64,000 nt of DNA, taken from NCBI RefSeq assembly GCF_006345805.1, contig NC_042999.1:42160001-42224000 (forward strand). The letters run 5' to 3'. The translations under genes were made by a program, and so were the position numbers. The stretch comes from Octopus sinensis (lineage: Eukaryota). Below the pieces are notes generated by a model. It had not been told where the DNA came from, searched no databases, and saw only the letters and a list, made by a program, of their open reading frames with translations. Below are positions 39,829 through 53,070 of the stretch, in pieces (positions within the stretch are counted from its first letter, which is position 1; each line of letters begins with the position of its first letter).

Positions 39829-40006
39829 TTTTACTCTTTTATTTGTTTCAGTCATTTGACTGTAGCCATGCTGGAGCACCACCTCTAGTCGAGCAAATCG
39901 AACCCAGGACTTATTCTTTGTAAGCCTACTACTTATTCAATCGGTGTCTTTTGCCGAACTGCTAAGTTACGGGGACAAACACAGACACACAAACGTAACA
40001 CACACA

Positions 40007-40071
<65 letters not shown>

Positions 40072-40242
40072 TATATATATATAATATATATATATACATA
40101 TATACGACGGGCTTCTTTCAGTTTTCGTCTACCAAATTCACTCACAAGGCTTTGGTCGGCCCGAGGCTATAGTAGAAGACACTTGCCCAAGGTGCCATGT
40201 GGTTGGTGAGCAAGCTACCTACTACACAGCCACTCCTGCGCC
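39829..40242 (-). mobile_element. Full-length SINE family A
   Basis: Head, body with an expanded (TA)n, and tail. Confidence 0.9.
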
Positions 40243-40388
40243 TAATAATAATTAACGGAAGTAAAATTACCAGTACATTAGTGTAAACTGCGGATTATAA
40301 AAGGTATACAAAAATTCGAACATCTACCTGTATATGGATTTCGTAGACAGAAACTTAAAGAAATCATCGTATATATATATATATATAT

Positions 40389-40434
<46 letters not shown>

Positions 40435-40627
40435 TATTATATATATATATATATTATATACATTTTAGCGACGAAAATATTTTGACAAATTAAACTTAAA
40501 TGTTGGAGTGAATCGAACGGCTTTTGTGTGTTTCTTAAATGGCTTATAAACACCTTCCACGCTGCAATTGTTTTCGTTTCAGCACACGATCTCAGATCAA
40601 ATTACTTGCTATGAGAGTACATCTCCG

Positions 40628-40664
<37 letters not shown>

Positions 40665-40717
40665 AGTGTATGTGTATGACATTGTTTCACCCTCATCACT
40701 GCGTCATAACTTTTGTC

Positions 40718-41437
40718 GCTCATGTTTGGCGAAATGCTAATTCATTTTATCGAACCCATTTTTGGCAAACCGCTAAGTCATTTTATCGATCTAGTTTGGC
40801 GAACCGCTACGTCATTTTATCGAACTTGTTTAGCGAAACGCTAGGCCAATTTATCGACCTAGTTTGGCGAAACACTAAGTCATTTTATTGATTTCTTTAG
40901 CGAACCGCTAAGTCATTTTATCGATCTTATTTGTCGAAGCGATAATTCATTTTATCGATCTCGTTTGGCGAACCGCTGGTCCTTTTATCAATCTAGTTTG
41001 GTAAACCGCTGGTTCATTTTATCAATCTCGTTTGGAACATGTTTGTCGAAACGCTACGTCATTTTATTGATCTCATTCGGTAAAGCGCAAATCATTGTAG
41101 CGATCACGTTTGGCGAACTGCTACGTCATTTTATCGATCTCGTTTGGCGAACCGCTAAGTCATTTTATCGTTCAATTTTGGCGAAGCTCTAAGTCATTTT
41201 ATTGATCATTTTTGCGCACCGCTAAGTCATTCAATCGTTCACGTTTGGAGAACCGCTAGGTCATGTTATTGATCTCGCTTGCCGAATCGCTAAGTCATTT
41301 TATCGATCTCGTTTGGCGAACCGCTTATTCGATAATGTTTGTCGAAACGCTTAGTCATTTTATCGATCATTTTTGGCGAACCGCTTTGTCATTTTATCGA
41401 TCTCTTTTAGCGAACCACTACGTCATTTTATTGATCT
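40718..41437. repeat. Minisatellite, about 21 x 33-34 bp (gtcattttatcgatctcgtttggcgaaccgctaa)
   Basis: Contiguous diverged units with no unique spacers. Confidence 0.93.
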
Positions 41438-43466
41438 AAAGAAGAATTAGACTTTTCTGTTATATTTTCTGTAATGAACTGGATTACCTATGTTTCGAAT
41501 TTCATCAAAATTGCAGATGAGGGTTATTTCCCTCTTTACACACCAAAACAAAATTGTAATTGTACCACATGTATCCATACTACTGATTTTTATGCGCATG
41601 TTCCAAAATTCCAGTCTTATAGAACCTGTTAAAAGGATTTTGCTCCTGAAAAGTGGAGGTCATTGAGCTCTAAAATGTGAGTGTTAACGCCCCTATTGGG
41701 GTGGGCATCTTAATGTCAACCAGAGAAGTTGAATTGTTGGGAATCTTTTTAACTTGGGTCTTATATCTATTGTTTGAATTTCTTTCTAATAGGAAATATA
41801 TGTTCACTGGGTTTGTAAAAGCGAGCAAAGCTACACGAAGCCAAAAGACGAATGATCACAATAAGCAGTCAGCTACAGTACCCTAGTCGTTACTACTCCC
41901 AATGTAGTATTCCTCACCATCAAGGTGACAGGCACAGCCGTAAGATGCATTACGAGTCTATAGCAATTGGAAGGGAGTGACCCAACTGAAATAAACATTA
42001 ACAACTGTGTGACGTGAGAGCTAAGGAGAAATGAAAGTTGGAGTTTGCAAATGACCACTATACTGGACAGAATAAATATACAATCTATAAATGTCTTTGA
42101 ATAAGCAGTCAGTCATCTGGGAAGGCCTTCAAATCAATGTTATCATGTGGGGACTATGTGTGACCCAGTGGTAATAAAAAGACTGAAAGGAGATCTGCAA
42201 TCAAATAACTTTACTCAACACTTTGCAACTGGATCAGTGGAGGCAAAGATGCCTCTCATTTACTTGACAATTTATGCAGCACATTGCAGAAATCACAATC
42301 TAAGTGTATGTCAAAGCAAACTCTTACACTGTTGTACCATTGAATTATAAATAATGCTCATCTTCTATGCTCAGATGACCCCACAGCTTCCAAGAGTACA
42401 ACTATTCGTCTTTGCTTAGATAAAATGACAAAATTGTGGGTGTTAAGGCCCCATGAAGGGGTCTTTCTAACTTGTAAGAAGATGGAATTTTATAAATATT
42501 ATTCATTTGTATCTAATATCTATGGTTAAAATTTCATCAACAGCAAAAATATATGAATTGTCATAGGGGTTGTAGCCCTTATGCATAGAATATAATTTCC
42601 AAATTTCGTAAAGATCCATTCAGTACTTTTGACTTAGTTTTGGATCATAAAAGAAATGACTAAAATATGGGAGTAAAGGCCCCCATTAGGGTGTCTTAGA
42701 ATCCTCATGTGAAGTGGAAACTTTGAGAATACTTCTTGATGTGTGTCAATTACCCATGGTTGAAATTTCATCAACATCGAAAATTTATGAATTTTCATGG
42801 GGGGGGGGTTCTGTCCCCTTTAAGCCATCTGAAATTCAAACCAAACATATTGCATTATACCCGCCCTTATGCATTGAATCTAAGTTTCAAATATCATAAG
42901 GATCCATTCAGTAATTTTGGTCCATGAAATTGTATGAAACACGTAGCATTACCCTTCTCCCTAGGCTTCGATTTTGTGTTCCAAATTTCATTATGATCGG
43001 TGCAGCAGTTTTCGAATGTATAAGTAATACACGAACACATAAAGACATTGCCTTTGACATAATAAATATGGATGCACACATATACATACATGTATATATA
43101 TATATATATATATGTGTGTATGTGTGTGTGTGTGCGTCTGTGTGTGCGTGTGTGTGTGCGTGTGTGTGTGTGTATTATATATATATATACACACACACAC
43201 AAAGATGAATTGATAGATACAACTGAGTGGGCAAACAAAAATATGAGACACAGCGTAGTGCTTTTTTATGTTGATAAGCTTGGTACTTATTCAATCAGTT
43301 TCTTCTTGTGAAACCAGTAAGTTATGGGGATGTAAATATCGAACAGCAGTTGTGAAGCAGTGATGAGGGTGAACACAGAAACAAAGTCACACACATATAC
43401 TTAAATATATACATATATATATTTGTATATACGATTGATTTCTTTAAGTTTCTCTCTACGAAATCC

Positions 43467-43548
<82 letters not shown>

Positions 43549-44472
43549 ACACACACACACAAATATAAATTGTCTGGGCAAACAAAAATATGAGATACTA
43601 CCTAGTGGGTTTTTTTTATTTTGATAAGCCTGGTACTTATTCTATCAGTTTCTTCTTGTGAAACCAGTAAGTTATGGGGATGTAAATAAACGAACACCAC
43701 TTGTGAGGCAGTGATGAGGGAGAAACACAAAGACACACAGACTAACATACATACATACATATATATACGATTGATTTCTTTCAGTTTCTGTCTACAAAAT
43801 CCACTGACAAGGCTTTGGTTGGTCTGAGACTATAGCAAAAAAAACACATGCCAAGTCACCACACAGTGGGACTGAACCCAGGATCATGTGTTTTGGAACG
43901 AGGTTTGTTACCACACAGCCACACCTGCACCTATGTATGTGTGTATGTATGTGTGTATGGGTGTATATATGTATGCATGTATATATGTGAATATATATGT
44001 GTACATATTACATGTACATCTATATATATATATGTGTACATATTACATGTACATCTATATATATATATATATACATCTACACATATACATGTATACATAT
44101 ACATCTATATGTATAGAAATAAATGTATACATATACAGCTATACACACATACACACACACACACATACATATGTGCAGGTGTGGCTGTGTGGTAACAAAC
44201 TTCGTTCCAAAACACATGGTCCTGGGTTTAAATTTAAATTTAAAATAATAAGGGTGAGAAATTGAATATTAATTTGCTTAATGTGAATTGAAAACCTGTG
44301 GTGTAGCATATAAGACCATAGCGGATCTTCTTCTAGCAAAATGGATGTCCACTGTTAATGGTTCATCCCTCTTATATAATAGTTTGACTTTAATAGTTTC
44401 AATATTAATGTGAAAGTATCTTACATTACCATAGAGGGTTGTTTTTGTTTACTTTTTACACGTAATACTGAA

Positions 44473-44808
44473 ATAGTGGAGAAGATATGATATTGCTGTG
44501 GGCTTCGCCCTAAGCAAGAAGTTAGAAATGTTTTGCCCATGACACTACATGGACCCTAAGTAAGGCATGTGTAAAATTTGAATGAAATTGGTTGTGTAGT
44601 TCTCAAGTTTTAGGGATTGGAGAAGATATGATATTGCTGTTGGCTCGCCCTAGGCAAAAAGTTAACCATTTTCTTTGCCCATGACACTCCCTGGACCTTA
44701 AGTAAGACATGTGTAAAATATGAATGAAATTGGTTCTGTAGTTTTCAAGGTTTAGGGATTCACACAGACAGACAGACAGACACACATTCTCAGTTTTATA
44801 TATATAGA
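44473..44808 (-). mobile_element. Non-autonomous Helitron-like element with an internal 140-bp tandem duplication
   Basis: Minus-strand start TCTATATATATAAAACT is identical to the Helitron at 11622. Two copies of a unit containing the gggcgaagccc hairpin; the 3' CTAG is not intact. Confidence 0.55.
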
Positions 44809-44857
44809 TATATATATATATAGAGAGAGGTAGATAGATAGATAGATAGATAGATAG

Positions 44858-44898
<41 letters not shown>

Positions 44899-44922
44899 TG
44901 ATTGATTGATTGATTGATAGAT

Positions 44923-45023
<101 letters not shown>

Positions 45024-45562
45024 CACTAGTATACACAGGTGCACGCACGCATTCAGATATATTTGTGTGTGCTTATGAACATCTAATTCTTTTTCCTTTA
45101 TTCATAAACCATGAGACACATCTGTTATGCTCAAAACATTCACATGTCGCTTTTCTTACTGCTGAAAAAGACATGACGTCAACCGACATCAGTGCGGGTG
45201 TTTACTAACCAATGAAAGGCATGTGTTCTATTTTGAAACGTCATTTGCTATTAACACGATTTTTATTCCATCACTACTGACTGAAGACTGTTACTGTTAC
45301 GCTGGAGAACTTAGAATTAATATAGTTGTAGTCTACTCTGCTAGAGAAGGTGAAAAATCACCAAAGATCAGAAGTCAGGCTGGAATAATTCGCGGAATAT
45401 TTTCCGACTTTCTTCCGTGAACTTCGAGGCAAGCTTGGGGAAAGACCCTGAATGAAGCTGTACAGAATATTATGTTCAGTTACATGTGCAATGGCCCATA
45501 CTCTGTGCAGGGGCAACACGTGTAAATTGTCGTAACCATAAAAATACGCTGTATGATATACC

Positions 45563-45794
45563 TATTTCTTTACTACCCACAAGGGGCTAAACACATGGGG
45601 GACAAACAAGGACAGACAGACAAACGGATTAAGTCGATTATATCGAGCCAGTGCATAACTGGTACTTATTTAATCGACCTCGAAAGGATGAAAGGCAAAG
45701 TCGACCTCGGCGGAATTTGAACTTAGAACGTAGCGGCAGACGAAATACTGCTAAGCATTTCACCCGGCGTGCTAACGTTTCTGCCAGCTCACCG
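45563..45794 (-). mobile_element. Full-length SINE family B (tail variant 1) with TSD
   Basis: TSD acgctgt(a/g)tgatatacc at 45546-45562 and 45795-45811. Confidence 0.92.
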
Positions 45795-46250
45795 ACGCTG
45801 TGTGATATACCGTAACATATAAGGAAATAAATTTTGAGAATGGACCTGTCATCATATCCTCTATCGTTATAATTATTGCATACATAATGTGTATATATGA
45901 GTGTATATATAATAAAAGTATACTGTGTGGTATACTGTAAAATATGCAGAAATAAACTTTGAGGATGGACCAGTCACCATATTCTCTATCGTTATAATTA
46001 TTGCATATATAATATGTATATATGAGTATATATACATGTATATATGTATATATGTATATATGTACGTGTGTACGTACGTATGTATATATGTATGTATTCA
46101 TTTATACTTTATGTATACATATCTGTATGCAAAATTTTGAACTACCCAGTCACACTTCTGTATACATATATGTGTGTAGGTAGGTAGGTAGGTAGGTAGG
46201 TAGGTAGGTAGGTAGGTAGGTAGGTAGGTTTATATGTAGGTATGCATGCA

Positions 46251-46291
<41 letters not shown>

Positions 46292-46330
46292 AAAAAAGGT
46301 TTGAAAATGCAATTTAAACGATGTTTATTT

Positions 46331-46371
46331 ACTTAACCGGTTTCACTCTTTGGTAAAAGATTGTCAAAAGT
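46331..46371 (-). ncRNA. Minimal hammerhead motif, U3-A8 variant (left arm)
   Basis: ACUU-UUGACAA-UCUUUU-ACCA-AAGAGU-GAAA-CCGG-UU-AAGU: 4-bp stem I, 5-bp stem II with U.U at 10.1/11.1, and palindromic stem III AACCGGTT. Confidence 0.65.
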
Positions 46372-47876
46372 TACATTTAAGGAAACATTGAATAATATGG
46401 GTTCAAAAAAAGTTTTTTACATAATCGTCACATTGAATATTATGCATTCAAAAAAGTTTTTTACATAATTGTCACATTGGATATTATGAATTCAAAAATG
46501 TTTTTTTATACATAATTGTCACATTACATGTAGAAATATAGTGTTTGGTAACAGAGAAGTTCAATAGTGTGATGAGAATATTTGGGAAAATTTGGCAGAA
46601 AAGGATAAAACAAATATATTATTGGGAATTGGTTGCGTTAATTATTGGTTGTCGCAAATTGTCACATTACATGTATATATATATAATCTTTGGTATATAT
46701 ATACAGCCTTTTGACAGCAAAAATTAAAATGGATTTTTTATACATCTCAGAATATTTTAAGTACAAGGCGAGAATATGTTTTTACTGACCTGTCGGTATT
46801 AGCAGAAAGGCTGAACTGAGAGAACAGAAGAAGTAGCCAATGTGGTGTATACTTCCCCTTTATGCATGAATGATTTTGGGGTTATCAGGAGGTTAGTATG
46901 CGGGTGTGAATAGATGTGTCCGTGCCCGCTGGTCAGATAGCGTCTGTTTGTCACACACATATATATACACACGCAAACACACACCACATACAAACAACAC
47001 ACACACACACAGAACACACACACCCACACACAACGCACCCACATATATCACATATACACACAGCACACAAATATAACATGTTTCTATATATAACATACAC
47101 GTTATATTTAACATACATGTTATATTTGTGTGCTGTGTGTATATGTGATATATGTGGGTGCGTTGTGTGTGGGTGTGTGTGTTCTGTGTGTGTGTGTGTG
47201 TTGTTTGTATGTGGTGTGTGTTTGTACTATACTATGTGTGTGTGTGTGTGTGTGTTGTTGTGTGTGGTGTGTGTGTGTGTGTGTTATATAATGTGTGTGA
47301 CAAACAGACGCTATCTGACCAGCGGGGACGGACACATCTATTCACACCCGCATACTAACCTCTGATAACCCCAAAATCATTCATGCATAAAGGGGAAGTA
47401 TACACCACATTGGCTACTTATTCTGTTCTCTCAGTTCAGCCTTTTGCTAATACCGACAGGTCAGTAAAAACATATTCTCGCCTTGTACTTAAAATATTCT
47501 GAGATGTATAAAAAATCCATTTTAATTTTTGCTGTCAAAAGGCTGGATATATATACCAAAGATTATATATATACATGTAATGTGACAATTTGCGAAAACC
47601 AATAATTAACGCAACCAATTCCCAATAATATATTTGTTTTATCCTTTTCTGCCAAATTTTCCCAAATATTTCTCAATCACACTATTGAACTTCTCTGTTA
47701 CCAAACACTATATTTATACATGTAATGTGACAATTATGTATAAAAAAACACTTTTGAATTCATAATATCCAATGTGACAATTATGTAAAAAACTTTTTTG
47801 AATGCATAATATTCAATGTGACAATTATGTAAAAAACTTTTTTGAACCCATATTATTCAATGTTTCCTTAAATGTA

Positions 47877-47916
47877 ACTTTTGACAATCTTTTACCAAAG
47901 AGTGAAACCGGTTAGT
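47877..47916 (+). ncRNA. Minimal hammerhead motif, U3-A8 variant (right arm)
   Basis: Same as the left arm but one A is missing from the 3' strand of stem I. Confidence 0.55.
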
Positions 47917-47999
47917 AAATAAACATCGTTTAAATTGCATTTTCAAACCTTTTTCTTATATAATCCCACTCGTGCGATACCCCACAACTCAACTTTTAT

Positions 48000-48077
<78 letters not shown>

Positions 48078-48078
48078 A

Positions 48079-48112
<34 letters not shown>

Positions 48113-48123
48113 CAAGTTCCTGG

Positions 48124-48209
48124 ATTTTCCTGAAGAGAATGCTGCAAAATGGTCTCCTTATTCAATCCGAATTAGGGAATTTGCATCCTTTGAAACATGT
48201 GTAGAAAAT
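48124..48209 (+). ncRNA. Type I hammerhead ribozyme motif in a 300-bp (TA)n-flanked element
   Basis: AUUUUC-CUGAAGA-[long stem II]-GAAA-C-AUGU-GUA-GAAAAU: 6-bp stem I, canonical core and GUA triplet. Proximal stem II pairing is weak. Confidence 0.65.
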
Positions 48210-50289
48210 AATAAAAATGAATTTTGTAAAATCTTCGTTCAGCTCCATTTCTTCCCTCACTAAATATAAAACTTCAATTATCCGCACTAAGGCACGGTTG
48301 CGATACCCCATGGTCGTAACCTCAACCGTGATTTTTCTGTTGTGATTTTTGCTACCCAGGTATCGGTTATAATTTGAATAATCCGTAACAAGATAATTCA
48401 TTTATCCATTTCATTAATATATATATATATATATTTATAATTATATATATATGAGCACATGCATATGTACATGTATGCGTATGGTTCGTAAAATTCTGTT
48501 TCCCATAAGCAGTGTATTCAATAGAGTTCCCTCTGTGTGTGCGCACATGTGTGTGTGTGCACATGTGTATGTGTGCTCGTGCGTGCGTATGTTGCAACGT
48601 GCACCTTTGTGTGCACGGAAGCGGACGATGGTGTGGTTAACTTTGCGTTTAAATCTAGTATTCAAGTGGATATCAGTAATCGTTAGTGACTGTGAAACTG
48701 ATCTGAGAATGGTAATTTATATCTATTTCTGCTTTATATTGACTGGGAGTTGCTGATGTCTCCTCGGTTACCTGCCTCATGCAATGCTATAAATTCAATC
48801 ATATTGTCACCTAAAAACATTCACATACGAACACACATACATATACACATACATACATACATACATACATACATACATACATACATACATACATACATAC
48901 ATACATACATACATACATAAACGAATTATATCACCAACCCGACTCCCTGCTGATACACCAAAGATTTAAGCGAGCACTCCACCATTTCTGTCAATCCATC
49001 TCAGTTTAAATATATACAAATTTACTTATTTGCTGTGGGTGTAACTCTGCGGAAATTATTGAGCACCGACTTAAATCGTTGTAGTACATAACGTCAGTAT
49101 TTGGAGTTCAAATACGAGAAGAGTTAAGCTTCTTTCTCATCACAATTCGTTCTTTTAATACAAATGGATTTAATCGTCTAAAACAACTTAAATAGTTTTT
49201 TTATCATGAAAATTTGTCCTAATGTTAAAAACACATGAAACTGACATCATTTATTGAATTCAGTCAACTAAATACCAGTAATACGAAACACGAATTCGTG
49301 AAATACCGAGAAAGAGGAAGTATAACACTTTTGGGGTTCGTGCTATGTAATAGTGTGCAAAAAAAGACGATGACCAACCTTTCTTCCAAGGCATTTGTTT
49401 AATACTTCTTGCGAGATATTTGTTTAATATCTGATGAATGACATGAGCCAGAAACGTCAGTGTTTTCACTCCAGCCGGCAAGTAAATATATTTAACATTC
49501 CACAGTCCCCTTCTGACATATTATTGCTGGGGTAGTTCTTTGCCAGTTCTCTCATATTCCAGATTTTACCCTAGCAGGAATATACTATCACCCGTTGATT
49601 CACTAAAATATCGATTCTATTCCATTAGTGTTATCGTTGCTTAGCCCAGGCCAAAGATAACAGATCACACGAAAGATATTTCAGCCATAACCATTCTGTC
49701 CTTTTATTGATATCAATGATTATTTTATCTATTGACTTTCACTTTTGTACGGCAACAGCAGGAGATTTGAAGGAACTTTCATTGCTACCTTTAAAAATTC
49801 CAGGCCACGTAGAAGCTATAATGTTGGTTCGCTTTTGTCGTTGGAGTTATATTTTATCCAAGGTCAGTCATGATCAAACACACCCATTTTTAGTGATATT
49901 CCTCTCGTAATCAACTTATCTCATCTCTAGCTGTTTTGCACTAAATTATCGAATATGTCCTTTCCATTTTAAGAAGAGAACATAGGGAAAGACAGGTAAG
50001 TGATGTTATCCGATGAGGCGGGTATCACCACTTTCATCTTCCATTTTCACTCTCTCTTTTTTATCACACGTTTATATTTTTGGCGTTTTATGTCCCCAAT
50101 ATATTGTTTGTTTCTTAGATTATGTATGTACGTATGTATGTATATATGTATGCCTTTATTTATACTTTATGTATACATTTCTGTATGCAAACTTTTGAAC
50201 TACCCAGTCACACTTCTATATACATATATGTATGTTTATGTGTGTGTAGGTAGGTAGGTAGTTAGATAGGTAGATAGATAGATAGATAT

Positions 50290-50406
<117 letters not shown>

Positions 50407-50612
50407 CGAAGTCGTATATTCGTAATTATGCAATTATTTCTTTCTGCCTATATCATTTACATAGACATCTGTCATAGCCTCGACTGAATTAACTAGAGAC
50501 AGAACACTCACAGACTAAAAGAATTTTTAAACGAATTTAATTTTAACTATACACACACTCATACATATATATATATACATCGTACATACATTCGTACACC
50601 ACATATGCAGCT

Positions 50613-50676
<64 letters not shown>

Positions 50677-50729
50677 GTATATATATATATATTATATATA
50701 TATATATTATATAATATATATATATATAT

Positions 50730-50774
<45 letters not shown>

Positions 50775-50916
50775 CTTCCTCTCTATAATATGTATGTACG
50801 TAAATGCACGTCGACATTCTGTACATGCAAATGTATACTCCGCTCCACACACACAAACACACAAATTGACACACACGTACACACATATATATATATATAT
50901 ATATATAATATATATA

Positions 50917-50958
<42 letters not shown>

Positions 50959-50981
50959 ATATATATTTATATGTATATATG

Positions 50982-51022
<41 letters not shown>

Positions 51023-51779
51023 TTATGTATGTATGTATGTATGTGTGTATGTATGTAAATATATATAGATAGATATATAGGGGGGTGTGAATGTGTGTGT
51101 ATACATCAAAATATATATAATACTACAGTTAATAGAAAGCGATGGTTATGCGAAATGTCAAACGAAAAATGTCAGTATAACATCGACGTGCAGCTTATGC
51201 AACACATCACACGGGAGAGATGTAAATATGCGACACAACTGCAAGGAAAGACCGTAAAATGGTTTTATTACATCGTAAAAGTTTCATTTCATTGGCTGAA
51301 CAATTACCTGACGAAACAACTCAATTTAACTGCTAACGATTTGTTATAGCTTTCAGTGTCACCCATAACCACACACATCAACATTACTAACCGCTGAAAT
51401 GTTGGCATCCTATGCTTAAAGTTGTTCTTCTACAATCACTGTTCAATATTAAGAGTATCTATAAGAGATTGTGTAGATCTAGGACGATATACCGCGAAAA
51501 AAAATCAAAAGCAGTAATGTGTTTCACAGTTCGTTTTCTTATCACCACTATGATGTTCAGTATGGGATTAAGTTACTTAATTTCTAGTTACTTAGGTTCT
51601 AGTACTGAGTCCGTTGAGTTCAAGTCTTTCGGTGGTCTGAGAAAATGTAAAGGAATTAATTCCAAGTAGTTTCAGCTATCAATCACTGCGCTGAATGAAT
51701 GTATGTGTGAACAACAGGAAGAAATTGTCAACATAAAAAGATCTCGAAATAGAGATAACCCGAATGTGGGTTTTTAACA

Positions 51780-52140
51780 GGAGCCAGGGGCTGTGATAGA
51801 GAATAATAGTAATAGGATGTTATGGAAATTCTCCAAGTAGATTAAACATGTATAAAAAGGACAAGTAATCGAAACAGCGTATGATAAAAAATTATTTAAT
51901 AGCATGACAGGTGGATACCAAAGAAATTGAAAATAAAATGCCAAATAGAAATATTGCCAAAGATATGAAGTCTTTGTAGATGATTAAGACGGCAATTATT
52001 CCTGTGGTAATTGGTGCACTTACTATGACTGCTTCCTAAAAGACTGAAGGCTGTTGTAATAAGGACTTGTATTGTTGAATCTGCTGAGATACATAACCTT
52101 GCATTCTGCAAAATCCTAAGGACGTTTCTGAGATTTGAAG
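51780..52140 (+). mobile_element. R4-like RLE C-terminal remnant
   Basis: EPGAVIENNSNRMLW ... IKTAIIPVVIGAL ... KILRTFL. Confidence 0.6.
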
Positions 52141-52239
52141 ATACTTGTCACCGAAATTTAAGTCTGTCTCTGCTAAAAATTATAGTATGTATCAACGACA
52201 TCAACAGCGTCAACAACAACAACAACAACAACAACATTC

Positions 52240-52630
52240 TTTTCTACTATATGCACAAGGCCTGATATTTTGGGGTAAGTCGATCACATGGGAACCCAAT
52301 ACTCATCTGATACTTAATTCATCGACCCCGAAAAGATAAAAAGGCAAAGTTGACCTCGGCGGAATCTAAACTCAGAACGTAGCGGCCGACGAAATACCTA
52401 TTTCTTTACTACCCACATGGGGCTAAACACAGAGAGGACAAACAAGGACAGCCAAACGGATTAAGTCGATTATATAGACCCCAGTGCGTAACTAGTACTT
52501 ATTTAATCGACCCCGAAAGGGTGAAAGGCAAAGTTGACCTTGGCGGAATTTGAATTCAGAACGTAGCGGCAGACGATATACCGCTTAAGCATTTCGCCTC
52601 GCATGCTAACGTTTCTGCCAGCTCGCCAGC
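52240..52630 (-). mobile_element. Two nested or fused SINE family B copies (tail 1 copy joined inside a tail 2 copy at 52398/52399)
   Basis: Two consecutive family B bodies; junction gacgaaatacc|tatttctttactaccc. Confidence 0.85.
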
Positions 52631-52639
52631 TTAAATAAC

Positions 52640-52682
52640 AACAACAACAACAACAACAGCAACAACAACAACAACAATAATA

Positions 52683-52720
<38 letters not shown>

Positions 52721-52760
52721 AATGATAATGATGATGATGATGATCATGATCATGATAATG

Positions 52761-52803
<43 letters not shown>

Positions 52804-52910
52804 TATTAATAATAATAATAATAATAATAGTAATAATAATAGTAATAGTAATAGTAATAGTAATAGTAATAATAATAGTAATAGTAATAATAATAGTAAT
52901 AGTAATAGTA

Positions 52911-52966
<56 letters not shown>

Positions 52967-53002
52967 GTAATAGTAATAGTAATAATAATAGTAATAGTAA
53001 TA

Positions 53003-53043
<41 letters not shown>

Positions 53044-53070
53044 AATAATAATAATAATAATAATAATATT
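52640..53070. repeat. (AAC)n-(GAT)n-(AAT/AGT)n compound microsatellite
   Basis: Direct inspection. Confidence 0.95.

Larger units (their letters stand above)
46284..47962. repeat. About 1.68-kb near-perfect palindrome (arms about 800-850 bp, 33-bp spacer 47082-47114)
   Basis: The arms are reverse complements differing by homopolymer/microsatellite indels and a few substitutions. Each arm contains a 3 x 41-bp subrepeat. Confidence 0.92.

Noticed and set aside
40718-41437. CRISPR-like array
   Set aside because: Units are contiguous with no unique spacers, there are no cas genes, and the context is eukaryotic; it is a minisatellite.
41870-42370. Possible CR1-type RT fragment inside a Helitron-like repeat cluster
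   Set aside because: Only weak motif resemblance (IDLKAF), insufficient to support a call.
49965-50005. Possible micro-exon ending in CAG|GTAAGT
   Set aside because: It lies within a diverged interspersed repeat, and no partner exons or coding signal are visible.
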